From Octopus sinensis (Eukaryota): a stretch of 64,000 bases of DNA. The first letter of the stretch is position 1, and each line of letters opens with the position of its first letter. The stretch covers positions 134,230,001-134,294,000 of the forward strand of contig NC_043000.1 in assembly GCF_006345805.1 (NCBI RefSeq). Reading direction: 5' to 3'. Both the position numbers and the translations under genes were made by a program. The notes beneath the pieces were generated by a model that ran no database searches, was not told where the DNA came from, and worked only from the letters and a program-made list of their open reading frames with translations. This document shows, in pieces, positions 23,008 through 37,184 of this stretch.

Positions 23008-26000
23008 ATCTATGACAGACTTAAATATCAGTTAGAACTTCAGTAACTAAACATACATTTCAGAAAAGCAGTTCCAATGATCCAAAATCCATTACCTTTT
23101 GGAACAAATTAAAACACTAAACTAGCTCTATTACCACTACTTCCATCTATTTTGTTATCAAAATGAAGCAATTTCTCCAATCTTCTGAAAAACTGCCAGT
23201 CTTAGAAATCCCTTGCCTGATTAGATTTCCCTAACCACAAATTATAGTTAAACTGCAGAAATTCAAGAGACAGTTTAACACATTTTTATCATTCTTTACA
23301 TAGTATCCAGAACTATTCGCTCTATGTTTATCTAACAAGTCATTCTGCCTGCTTGACAGCAAATCCAATTAATTTGTTTGTAAATTCAATGAGTTAGGCT
23401 TGAACAGGTCAATATAAGTGCAACTGAAGATCATGATAGAAATATGTTTGATTAATTTTACCTGCATTTACTAACACTTCTCAAAAGCCTATAAAATCTT
23501 TTAGTTTGGCAAAACAATCAATTCTCTTGCAATTTAGGGAGTAACGCTAAGGTATTAAGCTGTATCTCTAGGGTATTGCTAGTTAAGTTCTAGCAACAAT
23601 TGTTTGTCTGAATGCAACAACTAAATCACATATTGAATTCTTTGATAAAAGCTACAATTTGTCTTTGAATTCCATCCTTTTCAGCATTAACTTATTCATC
23701 ATAGTAAAGCAATATTTAATTGAATGTGAACTTGCAACAAAATTCAATTCTAAGTTGTAATTCATGAATAACACAATATTAAATCTGAAATATATATAAC
23801 TGTCTCGGATATATAATTGATCTCATTAAATGAATCATTTCATCTGTCAAGTAAATTTTTATTCCTTATGGAGACGTAGTTTGATAACGAAAAATTGTAA
23901 GTTTGAGCAGAGGGTTTCTTAACATTAAGAGAGAAAGAAAGAAAACCTGATGATCAGGGTGGAGGATAACTGCAAGAAACACATAAAGGTAGAAGAATAA
24001 AATGAGAGGTGGGGTGGGGGGAGCCAGGAAAAAAGAAAAGGTGGAAAAGTAAAAAAGAGATGGGGTATAACAGAAAATATTTGGAAAGGAAAAGTAACTG
24101 AAATATTTTTAAATGGCCCTTAAAAGAGTTTAATCATAAATTATTTCTTATTATATTCTCCTGCAAGCTACTTTAGAAGACCATCAAATGGACAATTAAT
24201 CCTAGAGGGAGAAAGCTTAGAAATGGAAAACACACACACACACACACACACACTAAACAGCACAACGAGAATATCCATTCTATTGAATTCCTGATCAATA
24301 TTTTCATGAATGGATGCAAACTGCAGACATAACAAAAGAAGCGCTCTCAAAGATATCTCCTATCACAAACTTCACCAAGTCTAAAATATTTGGTAAGGAA
24401 ATTGATAGAAAGATAGAGAAAGAAGCTTGCTAGATTTTAATATCTTCTTTAAAAACGTATTTATTTATTTCTTTTTCATCTTACTCATTAATAGATTTGT
24501 AAAATGAGAGAAAGAAAGAGAGAGAGAAACAGGTCTTCTATCACAAAAATACTATTTTAAAGGAAAATTATATACAAAGCTTTAAAAATGTGGAGCTAGC
24601 AATATAAGCTTAAATAAATCAATAACAGAAGAAAAAATTAGGATATTTAAATTATTGAAATGACAAATGTTTAATTTACATTAAATATTATAAGCATTCT
24701 TATATCTAACACATACATGGAGAAGAGAGATAAACTGTTTTAAAAAAAAAAAGGCCCAACAAAACACTAAATAGCCTAATACAACTGAGTAGAAGTCGCA
24801 ATTTACTTCGAAAAAAAGTAAAATGAAGAGAAATTGACAGATGATAATTTTCAAAATATTTGTGTGTGTATCTATATATTCTGAAACAATTTCCTACATA
24901 CATCTCTTCTGAGGATTCTGAGTACCGTAAAGAAGGCTTGACTTAATATACATTCATAAGCATTTTTATCTGCTTGGGTCTAAATGGGACGAGGTGGTTG
25001 AATAGGAATAAAAAAAAGAAAGAAAAAAATCTAAGAAATGGTGCAAAATATTTTGCAGAAATTCTGTATTCATATTTTCATTTGCAATGATTAAAAAAAA
25101 AATGGTTTTTATTGTCATAACTCCACAAATACACGAGATAATATATATAATTTAATGATGAGAAATACAATAAGGAAAATATTAACAAAGTGCTTAGCCT
25201 ACTGTCGAAACGGGGAGCTAAATTTACAACAGTGAGATAGGGTTTACATGATTGATGTTCACTTCATAGAGATGAGAGCATTGATCTCATATAATCTCAA
25301 CAGAGAGCCCACACTATTACGAAATGAGAAAACTAAGAATGTGCAAGGCTTTTTGCAGCCCCTACTTCCATTAATTAATCAGTCCACATCAGTGCAACAA
25401 GCCAAGCATGAGATATAATGAATTTTCCAATATTCTTGTTTCTGTGTCACTTCACTAAAGGAAGGGGGTAATTTCCGCTTTTATCCAAAATCCCTTCAAC
25501 TCTCTTTCTCCTCAGCTGACTTACTCTATTTAGATGAGGAATGAAAATGATTCAATTATACATGTATTTTCACTGAAAGGGCGTTTATCTTGATTTAATA
25601 ACTTTAAAATTACGAGAGATAGATAGATGGAGAGAGAGAGAGAGGGAGGGAGAGGGGGAGAGGGAGATTTTAGAAATTAATTGGATTCGAAGAAGTTTCT
25701 GAAAATTGTGTGTTAATGCTAAAGCAACAGATAATTCATCTGCACCCACCCACCCTCTCCTCCTGCTCCCCAAAAAAGACTTGAATATCCACTGCCTGAT
25801 TTGATATGAATTTTAAGTCATTGAAGCTGATACTTAGTAGTAAATTAGTGGCATTAAGCATGGAAGCAGAGGGAACTGATAGACTGAATAGACATGATAT
25901 GGTCTAGTTCTTGACTAGTCATCTCAATTTCCAATTGATACATATTTTATTGATTTGATGAGGAAAAAAGGGGGGAAAAAAGAAGAAAAAAAAATGACAA

Positions 26001-27994
26001 CTCTTGATGCAAGTCAAACAACTCAACATTTACCAATTATACGGTTCCACTTCATTGGCATCAAAAATGTCAGGAAAAAAATACTGAAACATCAAAGTTA
26101 GTTACACTGTTCAATGGTGCGACATATTTCCATTGCGGTTTGAATTATTTACATCTGTGAAATATACCTTAGTTACAAGATCAGTATATGTTTGTAGGAT
26201 TTTAAGATTGTTTCATGAAGCAGTTTCATAAAGCAGTTTGGTTCACCTAAGATTTTTTTTTTATCCCCAAAATGAAAGAACATAAGGCTAATAACTATAT
26301 AAAATAAAACAAAGTACTGAACATGGAAGCCGTCATTCAATATAAATAATGGTATGGAGCTATAAGCCTGACTTCAAAAATGTATGGAAAGACAGTAAAG
26401 AATTATACTGTTTATAATAGATAAACTAGAAAGTGCTGCATACCTTTACTACTGTTAGTGCAAGAGTTATAAAATGTTCTAGTAGGTTTACTGCCTATTA
26501 TTTTAGTTCATACAGGAGAGGCAGACATGTTTTACTCCTTTCTCCATTCCACCCCTGCTTTTACACTAATACTGTTGCTTACCACGTAATGCTAGTAGTG
26601 CTCATTCGAGTGATGGCTTAAACATTTTATTCTCCTTATTTATTACTATTTCTGATGTATTTATGTATTTTTATTGTCACTCATCTGTTTGGCACATTAT
26701 TCCATATACTTTCAACCCTTACTCTTCCTTCCTCTTTTACGCTTTCACCCTGCTACCCAAAATATTTACCTGACTGGCCTGAAGTTACAGAAGTAAGATT
26801 TCCGAGTGAATGATTAGTCTTCACTATGTATACTTAATTGACCACAATCACCACACCGCCACCATTACCACCACCACTACTGCTGCTGCTATTATCACTA
26901 TCGCCACCCCCACCATCACTGCAACTGTCACCACCACCACCACCAGTAGCATTTAACAGCATAGGTAGTATGGGTAATTAATTATTAGAACTGCCATTTA
27001 GTTGGAAAACTTTTGCATGCAACCGGTGAAGAAGAGGTAAAGGAGAGAAAAGAAAGAAATGGAGACAAAAGTAAATAAGGGAAAAAAAAAAGAAGAAAAG
27101 AACAGAAAGCAGTTACCCCTGGATGGTGTTCAATGTTTATCAACTTAACATGGAACATTCTTTCTCAGCATATCTAAAATAGGAAGCATTCATTATGTTG
27201 CACTACATATGCTGGCATAGCTATAAAACGCTATGGATCATAAAGCAGAAAGGAAAAGCACATGTGATAGGGATTTTATGGAGAATAATACTCTTGTTCT
27301 AGATACCTACAGAAGAATACTAAATGAGATTTTTGTAGACTGGATGCCTCTAAATGGATGAGGAAGCAAAAACAACAATGACAAAAATGTGTTAATGAGA
27401 AGTCACACATGTTTGATAATTCAAAATTAATGTCATTTCTAGAGTCTCAAAACGAAAAAACAAATCCTTTTAGAAAGTAGCTTTTGAACTGAGACCAACT
27501 TAGTGTTTTAGATCCAATTTCAGTGTTGCCTTAATGGTTTTTAATAGTTAAGATCAATGTTATAACTTAATTATTGACTTTAAAGAGGGAGGATCAACAT
27601 GGTTATTTTATGCTGAGGACGAAGAGGGGGATAAATATGTGGTTAAGGTTAATATAAGTTCAGTCCCACTGTGTAACTCCTTGGACAAGTGTCTTCCATT
27701 GTACACCTAGACTGGCCATTGCCTAGTGTGTAAATTTGGTAGACAGAAACTGTATGGAAGCTGTGTGTGTGTGTGTGTGTGTGCATCTTGTCTTTTATCT
27801 TTTATTTGTTACTTGGACTGTAGCCTTACTGGGGCACTGTCTTGAAGAATTTATTTGAACGAATTGGTCCCCCAGTACTTGTGCCTTTTTTTAAAGTCTG
27901 GTACTTATTCTATTGGTTCTTTTGCTGAACTGTTAAGTTAAAGGAACGTAAACAAACCAACACCAGTTGTCAAGTGGTGAGTACCTATCTAGAC

Positions 27995-28412
27995 CAGTGG
28001 TTCTCAACCAGCATGCACATGATGGGGGGGGGGCATACAAGCAAAAAAAATAAATCGGGGGTGAGTGGGGTTGGTGTCCATGGTAGTATTTTAGGGGTTA
28101 ATGAAAAAACTGTGCTTTAGATGTATTTATTGTAAGAAACAACTAGATTTATAAGAAACAACTAGATTTCTTTCTCTAACACTTAACACAGTCCAACATG
28201 TTTCCAGCCACTGAAATATGTTTTCTCAGAGAGTGCTATTTGCAAACAAACACAAGTGAATGAGTGAGAAACAAAATAAGAATTTTGAAAGAAGTTTCTA
28301 TAAAACTAGTTTTTTATACATGAAATGGCTATGGGGGTGGGGGGGGGGTTCACCAAAACAAAATAGTAATCAAAGCAGTCTACAGGTAAAAAAAAATGGT
28401 TGAGAACCACTG
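27995..28412. mobile_element. hAT (Charlie-like) MITE
   Basis: Perfect 16-bp TIRs CAGTGGTTCTCAACCA / TGGTTGAGAACCACTG. The left flank ATCTAGAC fits the Charlie NTCTAGAN target; the right flank ACAGAGAC is a degenerate TSD. Confidence 0.85.
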
Positions 28413-29869
28413 ACAGAGACTATGAAAAAGTAAAGGCATGGGTACACTGGACTGTTGCCAAGAGTGGGGTTAGGGCTCACAAGTCTCAGTGCCCAGTTAT
28501 GATTTATGTATGCTGTCAATAAATACTGTAGGACACAGTGCATTTGGTTTACCCAGGGGTTTATAATGTTGCTATAGTAAGATAGCCCTGGATACTGCCC
28601 TTTCCTACCTGACTAAATGGTAAAAACAAAAGAAAATTGATACCCCTAGTTTAGAGTTGAGCAATGATTCACATTAAGCTCTTAAAATATAATTTTATTT
28701 GAGGCAACAATTCATAAGAATAAGCAACAAGACGCTATCACAATATAAACTGATGTAACAACATTAAAATTAAAATAAAAATAACAACAAATTTTTGAAC
28801 TCTCAGAATCTTTCGTAATTCCAGCTTCTTTCAGACAGATTAATGGTGATATTGAGACCAGATTAGAAGTCATTCAGATTCCTCTCTAAATATAGATCTA
28901 GTATCATCGTTTTTGTCATCAATAAATTCTGATTCCTCTCAGAAACAAAGAAAAGATATGTGTACTTAGAACCATTTCTCATTTTAGTTTAACTTAAAAG
29001 TTTAAAAACAAAATTAAAAGAAATATTGTATAATCTTTTTGCTGAAAAAGATATACCTCAAGTTCAAATCTGTATTGAAGTCTTTGAGTTGCTTACAGAT
29101 GTATAATGACTGATTTCTTATCAACACTCTTTAAAGAATTAATCAAGAGTTAATCCTCTTAAAAATTCTAAGCTGCTTGTAAAATTCACAGCAGTAATCA
29201 AATATTCTGGAAATATCTGCAACCTTTATGAAGTTTAACGTCTGGCATTATTCTTTCTTCCATGCATGTAAGAGAGGGGAGATTGTGTGCATATGCAAGT
29301 GCAGTGATAGTTAGCTGAATATATATTTTTGTCAAGAAAAGAAGAAAAAAAACATTCAGTGCATGACATTAAATTGATTTCTTTAGAGTCACCTATTTAA
29401 TAATTATTCTTGATTAGGTACTGCTTCACTTTCCAATAGGAAATAGTATATGCATAGTTATAAATTGTGCATCTTTTTTGATAAAAGCATTTATTTTCAG
29501 ATAGTGGAGACAGTAACAAGATATTGTAACATATATTTTTTTAAAAATGCATTACAAAAGCCATAAAATTTTCGTTGCATCTATTCTTGGAGTAAATTTC
29601 CTTTTTATACAATAAATGAACTATACAGAAATAATAGCTGATTGAATGGGGAAAACTAATACATAGGTTTTAATGAATTTCTTAACACAATTCATGCTCA
29701 TAGTACTTTATTTATCTGTATATAATTTAATTTCAGTACTGGTTCTACATTTGTGAGTGACAGAACAATTGAAAAATAAAATAATTGGTTCTCGAACAAA
29801 TTGTTCTAACATTAGAGCACTTATAAAATAAAATATCAACCAAGTAACAGATTGAGAACCATAAACATT

Positions 29870-29971
29870 TTCCTTTGAGACTGGCATCACTCACAACGTT
29901 TTCAGTATGTAATCCATTCAAATTTGCTAATTCTTGTTACCTTCTTGTGCGAAAGAGAGAAAGAGGGGAGG

Positions 29972-30032
<61 letters not shown>

Positions 30033-30862
30033 ATATTGCTGTGCATCTGCCAGTATATAAAATACAAACACATTTTACCCTCTCCCTCTCCAATAACCTT
30101 GTGCCTCATAAGCCAAGCCACGACCTAACCAAGCACTACTACACAACGCACTTGAAAACTGCGCCCCCCACTACCGCACCGAAAGAAATATATCGAAGAA
30201 AGAAAAAGGAGGTGTCTTGTATGGAAAACAAAGCGAGAAACTTGCACGTAGATATATTTTTCAATAGATTTTACTGCAGTCAGAAATATTTCACGCTGCA
30301 AAGTGCATTTTACCTGCTGAGTTAAAACGTTAATTTAGTAATACAGATCGACTAAAATGGAAAAAAGAAAACTGCGTAAAAAAAAACACAAATCTAAGGG
30401 AACAATTGTTCTTATAAGGGAAGTAACTCTTTCTTTACTGCCGGCCTTGGTCTCTGCTGACAATTTATAAAATATTATTTTACTAACAAACTTTTTCAAG
30501 TACAGGTTGACTTTACATACTACACAAACATGATCCTGTAATTTAATCTGATAATCAGTAAGCGAAAACCAAGAAGTGTTAGTTAATTAAAGCGTGTGTG
30601 TGTAGGGGTCCCTTGTATATTAAGTAGGAGAATATTGGGGATGGGGGGGATTCCTCGTATGTTAAGTATTTTTTTTCCCCCTCAACAATTTAAGCTGTTG
30701 CAACATAAAAGAAAAGTAAATAAATATTAGCATGTTCCATTTAGAACCATGCTAACGCGAAAACCACTAAAAAAAAAAAAGAAAAGAAAGTGTGTGCCTG
30801 TGTGTATATATGCAAGCACAAGCAAACTTTTATCCGTTGTGTGTGTTTTGTATGCAGGTAAG
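29870..30862 (+). promoter_or_regulatory. Putative promoter / first-exon region
   Basis: Long (GA)n (about 29970-30030), TATATAAAA at 30054-30062, frequent CpG in unique sequence, and a consensus donor CAG|GTAAGT at 30857/30858. Strand and function are inferred. Confidence 0.35.
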
Positions 30863-32054
30863 TATGTTTTAAGTTTAGCTTCTGAATGCCCAGCAGGAGT
30901 AGAATTCTTATTTTAGGCACAGATCACAAGCATGATAGCTAATGCATAAGGCATGAAAAGGGTGTTATTCTCTATGCACATGCACAGATGTATGGAAAAA
31001 GTAATGGGATCTAAGCAAAGTATTTGATGGGTATACATTCTATTGCACAACAACATAAGGTCTTGCATTGTTGCAGCTTTTGTAGAAGAAAAGGGGTTTT
31101 CTTAGGCTTGGTCTTTGATGCAGAATGGTTTTTTTTTGGGGGGGGGGGGTTCCCCCCCCCTTTTCCAATACCTATACAAAAGCAAGAGGATGATTTTCTT
31201 TTTAGAAATTATATTGAAGATTTAATGGATCTTGGTGAGAGTAACTTCCAAGAAATTCATTGAGAAATTCCACAGTAATATCAGAGAAAGGCACAAGAAG
31301 TCATGTTTATCAGTAATTTCAAAGGAGATAAAAACATCTTCACATCATTTTGACCAGAATATTTCCTAAGGATAGTAGAATAATGAATGAGAATATTGAA
31401 ACCATGTATTAATAACATAAGCTCTGGCTCAACGTTAGTCTGTGTGTTTGTGTTTGATTCTTAGAAGAGTTTAATACTCTCTATCTATTTGTCTCTTGAT
31501 AATATATATCAAGTCCACACATAGTCATATGTGTTGGGCACTTTTTCTAGAGTAGTCTGTGTGCATGCACATGTGTGTGTATGTAGGAGGATGTGTCTGT
31601 TACAGGGTGAAATTAGAGAAAAATAATATATTTTGACTTACATGAAGATTTCTAAATGTTCTTACTTACCTAGAAATAAAAGAAAAAAAGTTTTAAATAT
31701 TTATTTTACACAAACATCAAATTAAAAGATAAGAGGAAAAAAATATTTTATAAATTATAAAAAACTCGTTATTTTTTTATAGAACATTTGATTCAGTGAT
31801 AAAGCACACAATTAGTCATTTGTTGAAGCAGTATCATAATTAGTAGAATTTTCTACTTTCAGTCAAGTAGAACTCATCTGCTCACTGGATACTGAAAATG
31901 AAGAGAGAATTCTGTTTTTATTTTATTTGATATCCAACTGGGAAAGTAAATTTGAAAGAAAAACTCAATTTTGTGTTAAAATTATCAATTAACTCCTGAA
32001 ATTATTTGTATCTGAAAGATTTTTTAAAAAAGAATAAAAGTTTACTACAGAATA

Positions 32055-32410
32055 GGTATGGCCCTATGGAAAGAAGTTTGCTTCCCAACCACATGGTTCC
32101 AAGTTCAGGCCCACTGTGTAGCACCCACTATAGCCCTGGGCCAACAAAAGACTTATGAGTGTATTCAGTGAGCAGAAACTGAAAGATGCCCACCATATGT
32201 GTATGTATATCATTGCATATATCTCCCTGCCACTGCTTGACAACCAGTGTTGGTTTATTTACATCCGCATAACTTAGCAGTTCAGCAAAACAAACCTAAA
32301 GTAAGTACCAGGCTTAAAAAAAGAAAGTACTGGGGTTGATTCATTCTACTGAAGCCCTTCAAGGTGGTACTCTAGCATTTCTGTAGTCCAATGACTGAAA
32401 TAAGTAAGAG
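32055..32410 (+). mobile_element. Degenerate family B1 SINE
   Basis: B1 head, GAAACTGAAAGA block and GTCCAATGACTGAAATAAGTAAGAG tail. Confidence 0.7.
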
Positions 32411-33299
32411 ATAAAAAACAGAAAAAGGAAGTCTGTCCTTTTAGACAAGCCTAGGGGTACAGTGGGATTGTACTTAGTTATTTTGGTAGCCTTAAGCAGA
32501 GAAGATATCTACCAATGGACAGGATGATAGTTTAACACGGATAACTTTCCCCAAATAGGTAATAAATTGATTCAAATTGAATTAATTATTAAGTCCAAAA
32601 GCAAAACATTTGCATGCTGTACTCACTTAGCTTTAATCTAATATAAAAGTTAATTGCTAATAAGGTCATTATGTACATATATCTGGATTAGCCTTTAGAC
32701 AAATTTCTGGTTCCACTTGAATACATTTACTTCCTTGCCACACACTGCTTTCAACCAGACTTCCAAAAATAGTTTTTCTATACCCATCTCTGTGTCTCTT
32801 TCTCTCATATACATGTTTATATATACACACATGTATGTGTAAGTTTGGTTTTGCAAACAGATGACACAGAACCCAATCCATAAAACAGAGTTAATATATT
32901 GTTTCTTATTAGTCAAGACACTACAGTAATGACTCAAGGGTCTAGAGTTTCATACTTAGCAAAGTTTGAAAAATTGGCATGAAACCTAGGACCTTGACTT
33001 CCTGACTAATAAGCATCATCATCACTCTCATCAATCTTCATCCAATTTCCTACGCTGGCATAGACTGGATGGATCATCACATTCTGAATCAGTTCTTATT
33101 TACAGTTACTGTTCTACTCAATAGGTCAAAGAACCACTTATATATTCCATTTTTGGCATAGGTTCTCTGGTTAGATGTCTTTATTATCACCAGCCACTTT
33201 ACAGCATGTACTGGATGCATTTTAGCAGGGCACCAACACTAATGAGGTGGTTTTGTCCTTGGCAAGACTAAAGAGTTCTCTCTGCCCTGTGTTGTCTTG

Positions 33300-33900
33300 C
33301 ACCATCACTACCACTACAAGCAGATAGAAGAGAACGTGATGAAAGAGCATCGGAATGAGAGAGTGATAAAGTGTAATCAAAATATAACCAGAGGGAAAAG
33401 AATGGGAAGATGATACTTGAAAGAAATTAGTAGGAGCATGATACAAGATAATTGTTATAGAAACAGCATTAGTGTGTGATAAAGGAAGACAGAGTGATGG
33501 CAAAGAGAGAGTACTGAGAGAGACAGCCAGACAGATGGATGGATATGACCAATGAGGTTTGGGAGGGATAGCAATGAAGTTGGGTGTTGCTGAGTGGGAG
33601 TGATGGATGTCAGTAATGAAAGATGGGAAGTGATGGTGAGGGAGAGAGTAATGACCAGCAATAAAGTAGGGGTTATAGTGAGGGATTGAATATGGAAAGA
33701 TCAAATATGATACCACTCCTCTCCTCAAACAAGTAGTCTGATGGGAGAAAGTGAAAGTGATAGTAAAGGAGATATATTAATAGGATGGGGATGGGTGGCA
33801 GATGAAAGTAATAAAGAAAGGGGCAGAGTGGTGTATAGACATTTAATATGATCATAGATATTACACATCCGAATCTTCATCATCACCACCGTTTGTTTCA
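33300..33900 (-). mobile_element. Highly decayed L2/CR1-like LINE fragment (endonuclease region)
   Basis: Purine-rich on the plus strand. Minus-strand peptides HPSVWLSLSVLSL and NAVSITIILYHAP resemble APE-domain segments. Heavily degenerate. Confidence 0.4.
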
Positions 33901-34070
33901 GTCACTGGCCTGCATTCATACTGAAGCACTACTTTCAAGGGTTTTAGTCATTACATTTTAGTCTAATACCTATTTTATTAATTTACATTCATTGAATTAC
34001 ATAGTTTTCAGTGTACCAAACTTCAGCCACAAAATATTGGTCAACCGAGGCTGCAGTAGAAGGTACTAGC

Positions 34071-34261
34071 TTAAACTTTTCGTTACCAACCCAAATGTCT
34101 TGTTTTCATAAGTTTTGAATTAAAATCTTCCACCAAGCCTTAGTCACAATTTATGTTCCTAACACTAGCTGAATGATAACTAAGTTATTTTACTAAATTC
34201 TTTGTTATATTTAAAGTAATTGAAAGAAACACAAAGCATCTCAAAATAAATAAAGGGTTAA
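34071..34261. mobile_element. Family D piggyBac-type MITE (with deletion) inserted in a B1 SINE
   Basis: TTAA at 34071-34074 and 34258-34261. The flanks continue a minus-strand B1 sequence. Confidence 0.75.
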
Positions 34262-34820
34262 AATGCTGTCTAATGGGATCAAACCTTGAAGCCCATAGTT
34301 ACAAAAGAAACTCCTTCACGATGGAGCCTATATCTACCCTGTATATATAACATAAGCATAAAAATAAAACAACTATGCTGTTTTAGTAGCTGTTTTACTT
34401 ATGAGTATATTTAGGGTAACAATTCCAAATGTACCAATTTTGCCGTCAGTTCTAGTTTTGAAGATGCTTGCTACCCCTTTTTTATTAAGTTGACATTTTC
34501 CCTGATGCACTGAAATTAAGACTCCAACTGAACCTTACATTTCAGTGCCTTAGAAGTTAAGTTATTCTTGGGTATATTGTGGCAGTGACTAAAAAAAATA
34601 AAAACATTCAGTTTTGATTAACTAATGCTCAGCTATTCTTCTACAGAATTTATCCCTAATGACACCGTTCTCCTTACTAAAATCATTAAGCTTTTTAAAA
34701 AAGATCTAAATGCTTGTGAAAGCCAAGGACCTTGACATTCATATTAAAGCAAAGCTTTATTAGAAGTGAAGAGCAAGTCCTCATGGTTGCCAAAGGGAAT
34801 TTTTGACAAGTAGTACGGGG

Positions 34821-35056
34821 ATGAGGGGGGGGGGGCTGAAAAGTTCCGGGCCTTTAAGGGTATTGTAAAAGGTCTGGTTGGAGGCCCAAACTTCAAACTT
34901 CTTTTACAGTGCTTAAAAAAACTGAAGTACTGCTGCAATAAGCGTGTGAATTTGAGATGGGAATATCGTCGATCAACTAAAATAAAATAACTGATCCTCC
35001 TGTATTTTCTTTTATTTCCAGTATTTCCAAAACCAGGAACTTTTCAGCAACCCCTC
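34821..35056 (+). mobile_element. Mariner-derived MITE retaining the transposase C-terminus
   Basis: TIRs GAGGGG..GCTGAAAAGTTCC / GGAACTTTTCAGCAACCCCTC. The internal VWLEAQTSNFFYSA*KKLKYCCNKRVNLRWEY resembles the mariner C-terminal W.KCVEL.GEYVE region. Confidence 0.75.
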
Positions 35057-35879
35057 TCTCTCTCTTTCACTTGTGTGCAAGCATATATGTGTGTGATTTT
35101 TCAGTACCAATACACCAACTCATTGCTGTCAAATGACTACGAAATGTGTGGAGTTTTGTAAGTTCTTTTATCTAAAGGTCATCAAAAATCCATGCTTTAA
35201 GTTCTTCATGTTTTGTCAGGAGAATTTATTGCATCAGAAGCCAAAGTAGACACCAACTCTGTTCAATTCCTTTCCTCCAAGTTTTGGAGCTAAAATAAAT
35301 TGATTTAGTAATAAATGGTTTATTCTAATAGGAAATGAATTAATAGCATTAACTGGAGCTGATAGGACAAAACTAGTGTGATATTTACCAAATAATATCA
35401 AAAATAGATGTATATGCTAAAAGCATCAATATGTGTGCTGGCTAATGTAATATAAAAATATGGCTGCAGTTCAATGATGGAAACAACATATATATATAAA
35501 CACACACACATATATAGATATATACACACGTGCATACATAAACAATTTCAGCATTCAACAGGTTTGCCTAAAATATACTTAATTTCTATGCCTTAATGAA
35601 AAGAAATTGAAAAATTCTTTAGATTTTAGAATCAAAACACAATGAGAATTACATGTTTCAAAGAGTTCAGTTTGCAACATGTTTCCAGGGGTTCACAACT
35701 ACAGAATAAAACAGAAATATTTCACTGAAAAATTTCAAATGGCTTGTTCTGGTTGATCTGTACTTGTAGCCTACGCATGCTCTCCCAAGACTATTGGAGT
35801 TGACATGTTTGTCATTCTTGAACAACTATAAGGAAACGTGCTGAGAAAGGTTTCCAAAGTTGATGTTTTGGAGAAGGAC

Positions 35880-36240
35880 AAAGTGTAATCATTAGTCAGA
35901 GTAACAAGAGTTTGGCACAATGTGGGTGCCAAGAGAAGAGCATAGTGAAATGTGTGCCCAAGGGAGGTGACACAAGAACAGCCAGTGTATTATAAAACTG
36001 ATGTTCTAGAAGACTAGACATAGAAGTGAGAGCAGCTGGATGTTGGCATAACATGAATGCCAAGTAGAGAGAGACACAAGTGAAATAGGTGTGTTGAGGT
36101 GAGGGTGTATGTAGATGACACAAGACCAACTAGCACCAAGGGGCAGAGGTCACACGAGTAGCTATGGTGGGGAGTGAACATAGTACGGAGTCCAACATGT
36201 CTGTTGAGCCGAGGTTGGAGTTGCTCTATGTCAATCATGC
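35880..36240 (-). mobile_element. Decayed CR1/L2-like LINE 3' coding end
   Basis: Minus-strand pieces PHHSYSCDLCPLV..STHLFHL and GTHFTMLF resemble a degenerate LINE ORF2 C-terminus. Confidence 0.5.
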
Positions 36241-36321
36241 TGTAAAAATTGTAACACTATGAATATAGTTTCAGTTTTCATACAGACATTAAAAAAAAAC
36301 GTTAGTTGCATCCCTATTATT

Positions 36322-36513
36322 CTTTTCTACTCTAGGCACAAGGTCCGAAATTTTGGGGGAGAGAGGCCAGTCTATTAGATCGACCTCAGTACGCAACTGA
36401 TACTCAAGTCATCGACCCCGAAAGGTTGAAAGGCAAAGTCGACGTAAAGACAGACGAAATACCTCTAAGAATTTCGCCCGGCGTGCTTTCGTTTCTGCCA
36501 GCTCGCCGCCTTA
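36322..36513 (-). mobile_element. Family A2 SINE with CpGs retained
   Basis: ATCGACCCCGAAAGG, GTCGAC and TTCGCCCGGCGTGC are intact despite non-CpG substitutions and a deletion. Confidence 0.8.
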
Positions 36514-36833
36514 GAAATTTAACTAATTATTATATTCGTAAGGACCCCTTCTGTAGCCACATTTATCAAGAGGTATACAGATTGCTTCGTCTTTAAATAA
36601 ATTTTGAAAGTAATCAAATTCTTAGAGAGAGATTTAATAAAATGCATAACCTCTTCAAAATGAAGCTTGTGTTTGAACCAAAACTTAAAACAAAGTTCCT
36701 AACATAAAATATGAAATATAGTTCTAATTTAAATATGGACACTCTAAAAAGAAATGGTTAGGTATCGAATAACAAAAAGGGGAAATTCAACCGCGCGACA
36801 GTAACGTTTCCGAAATTTTATTTAGAATATATA

Positions 36834-36887
<54 letters not shown>

Positions 36888-37127
36888 ACAGAGAGAGAGA
36901 GAATTTCATTAAAATATCCATTTTCTTGAAAATTAAGATGAACTGAAGTGGACTCTGGTGAATTTTCCGAAATTCCCCTTCCCAGCCCTCCTAAAACACT
37001 TTCCCCCCCAAAAAATTTGTATATTCGGAATCTACATATATTTGAAGAAAATTTCATTAAAAAAAATATCCATTTTTCTGAAAGTTATAATCATCCAAAG
37101 GGGGGGGGGCAGAAATCTCTAGTTATG

Positions 37128-37184
<57 letters not shown>

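Noticed and set aside
31128-31165. T-run/G-run/C-run homopolymer cluster
   Set aside because: Simple homopolymer slippage, also prone to assembly error; no functional evidence.
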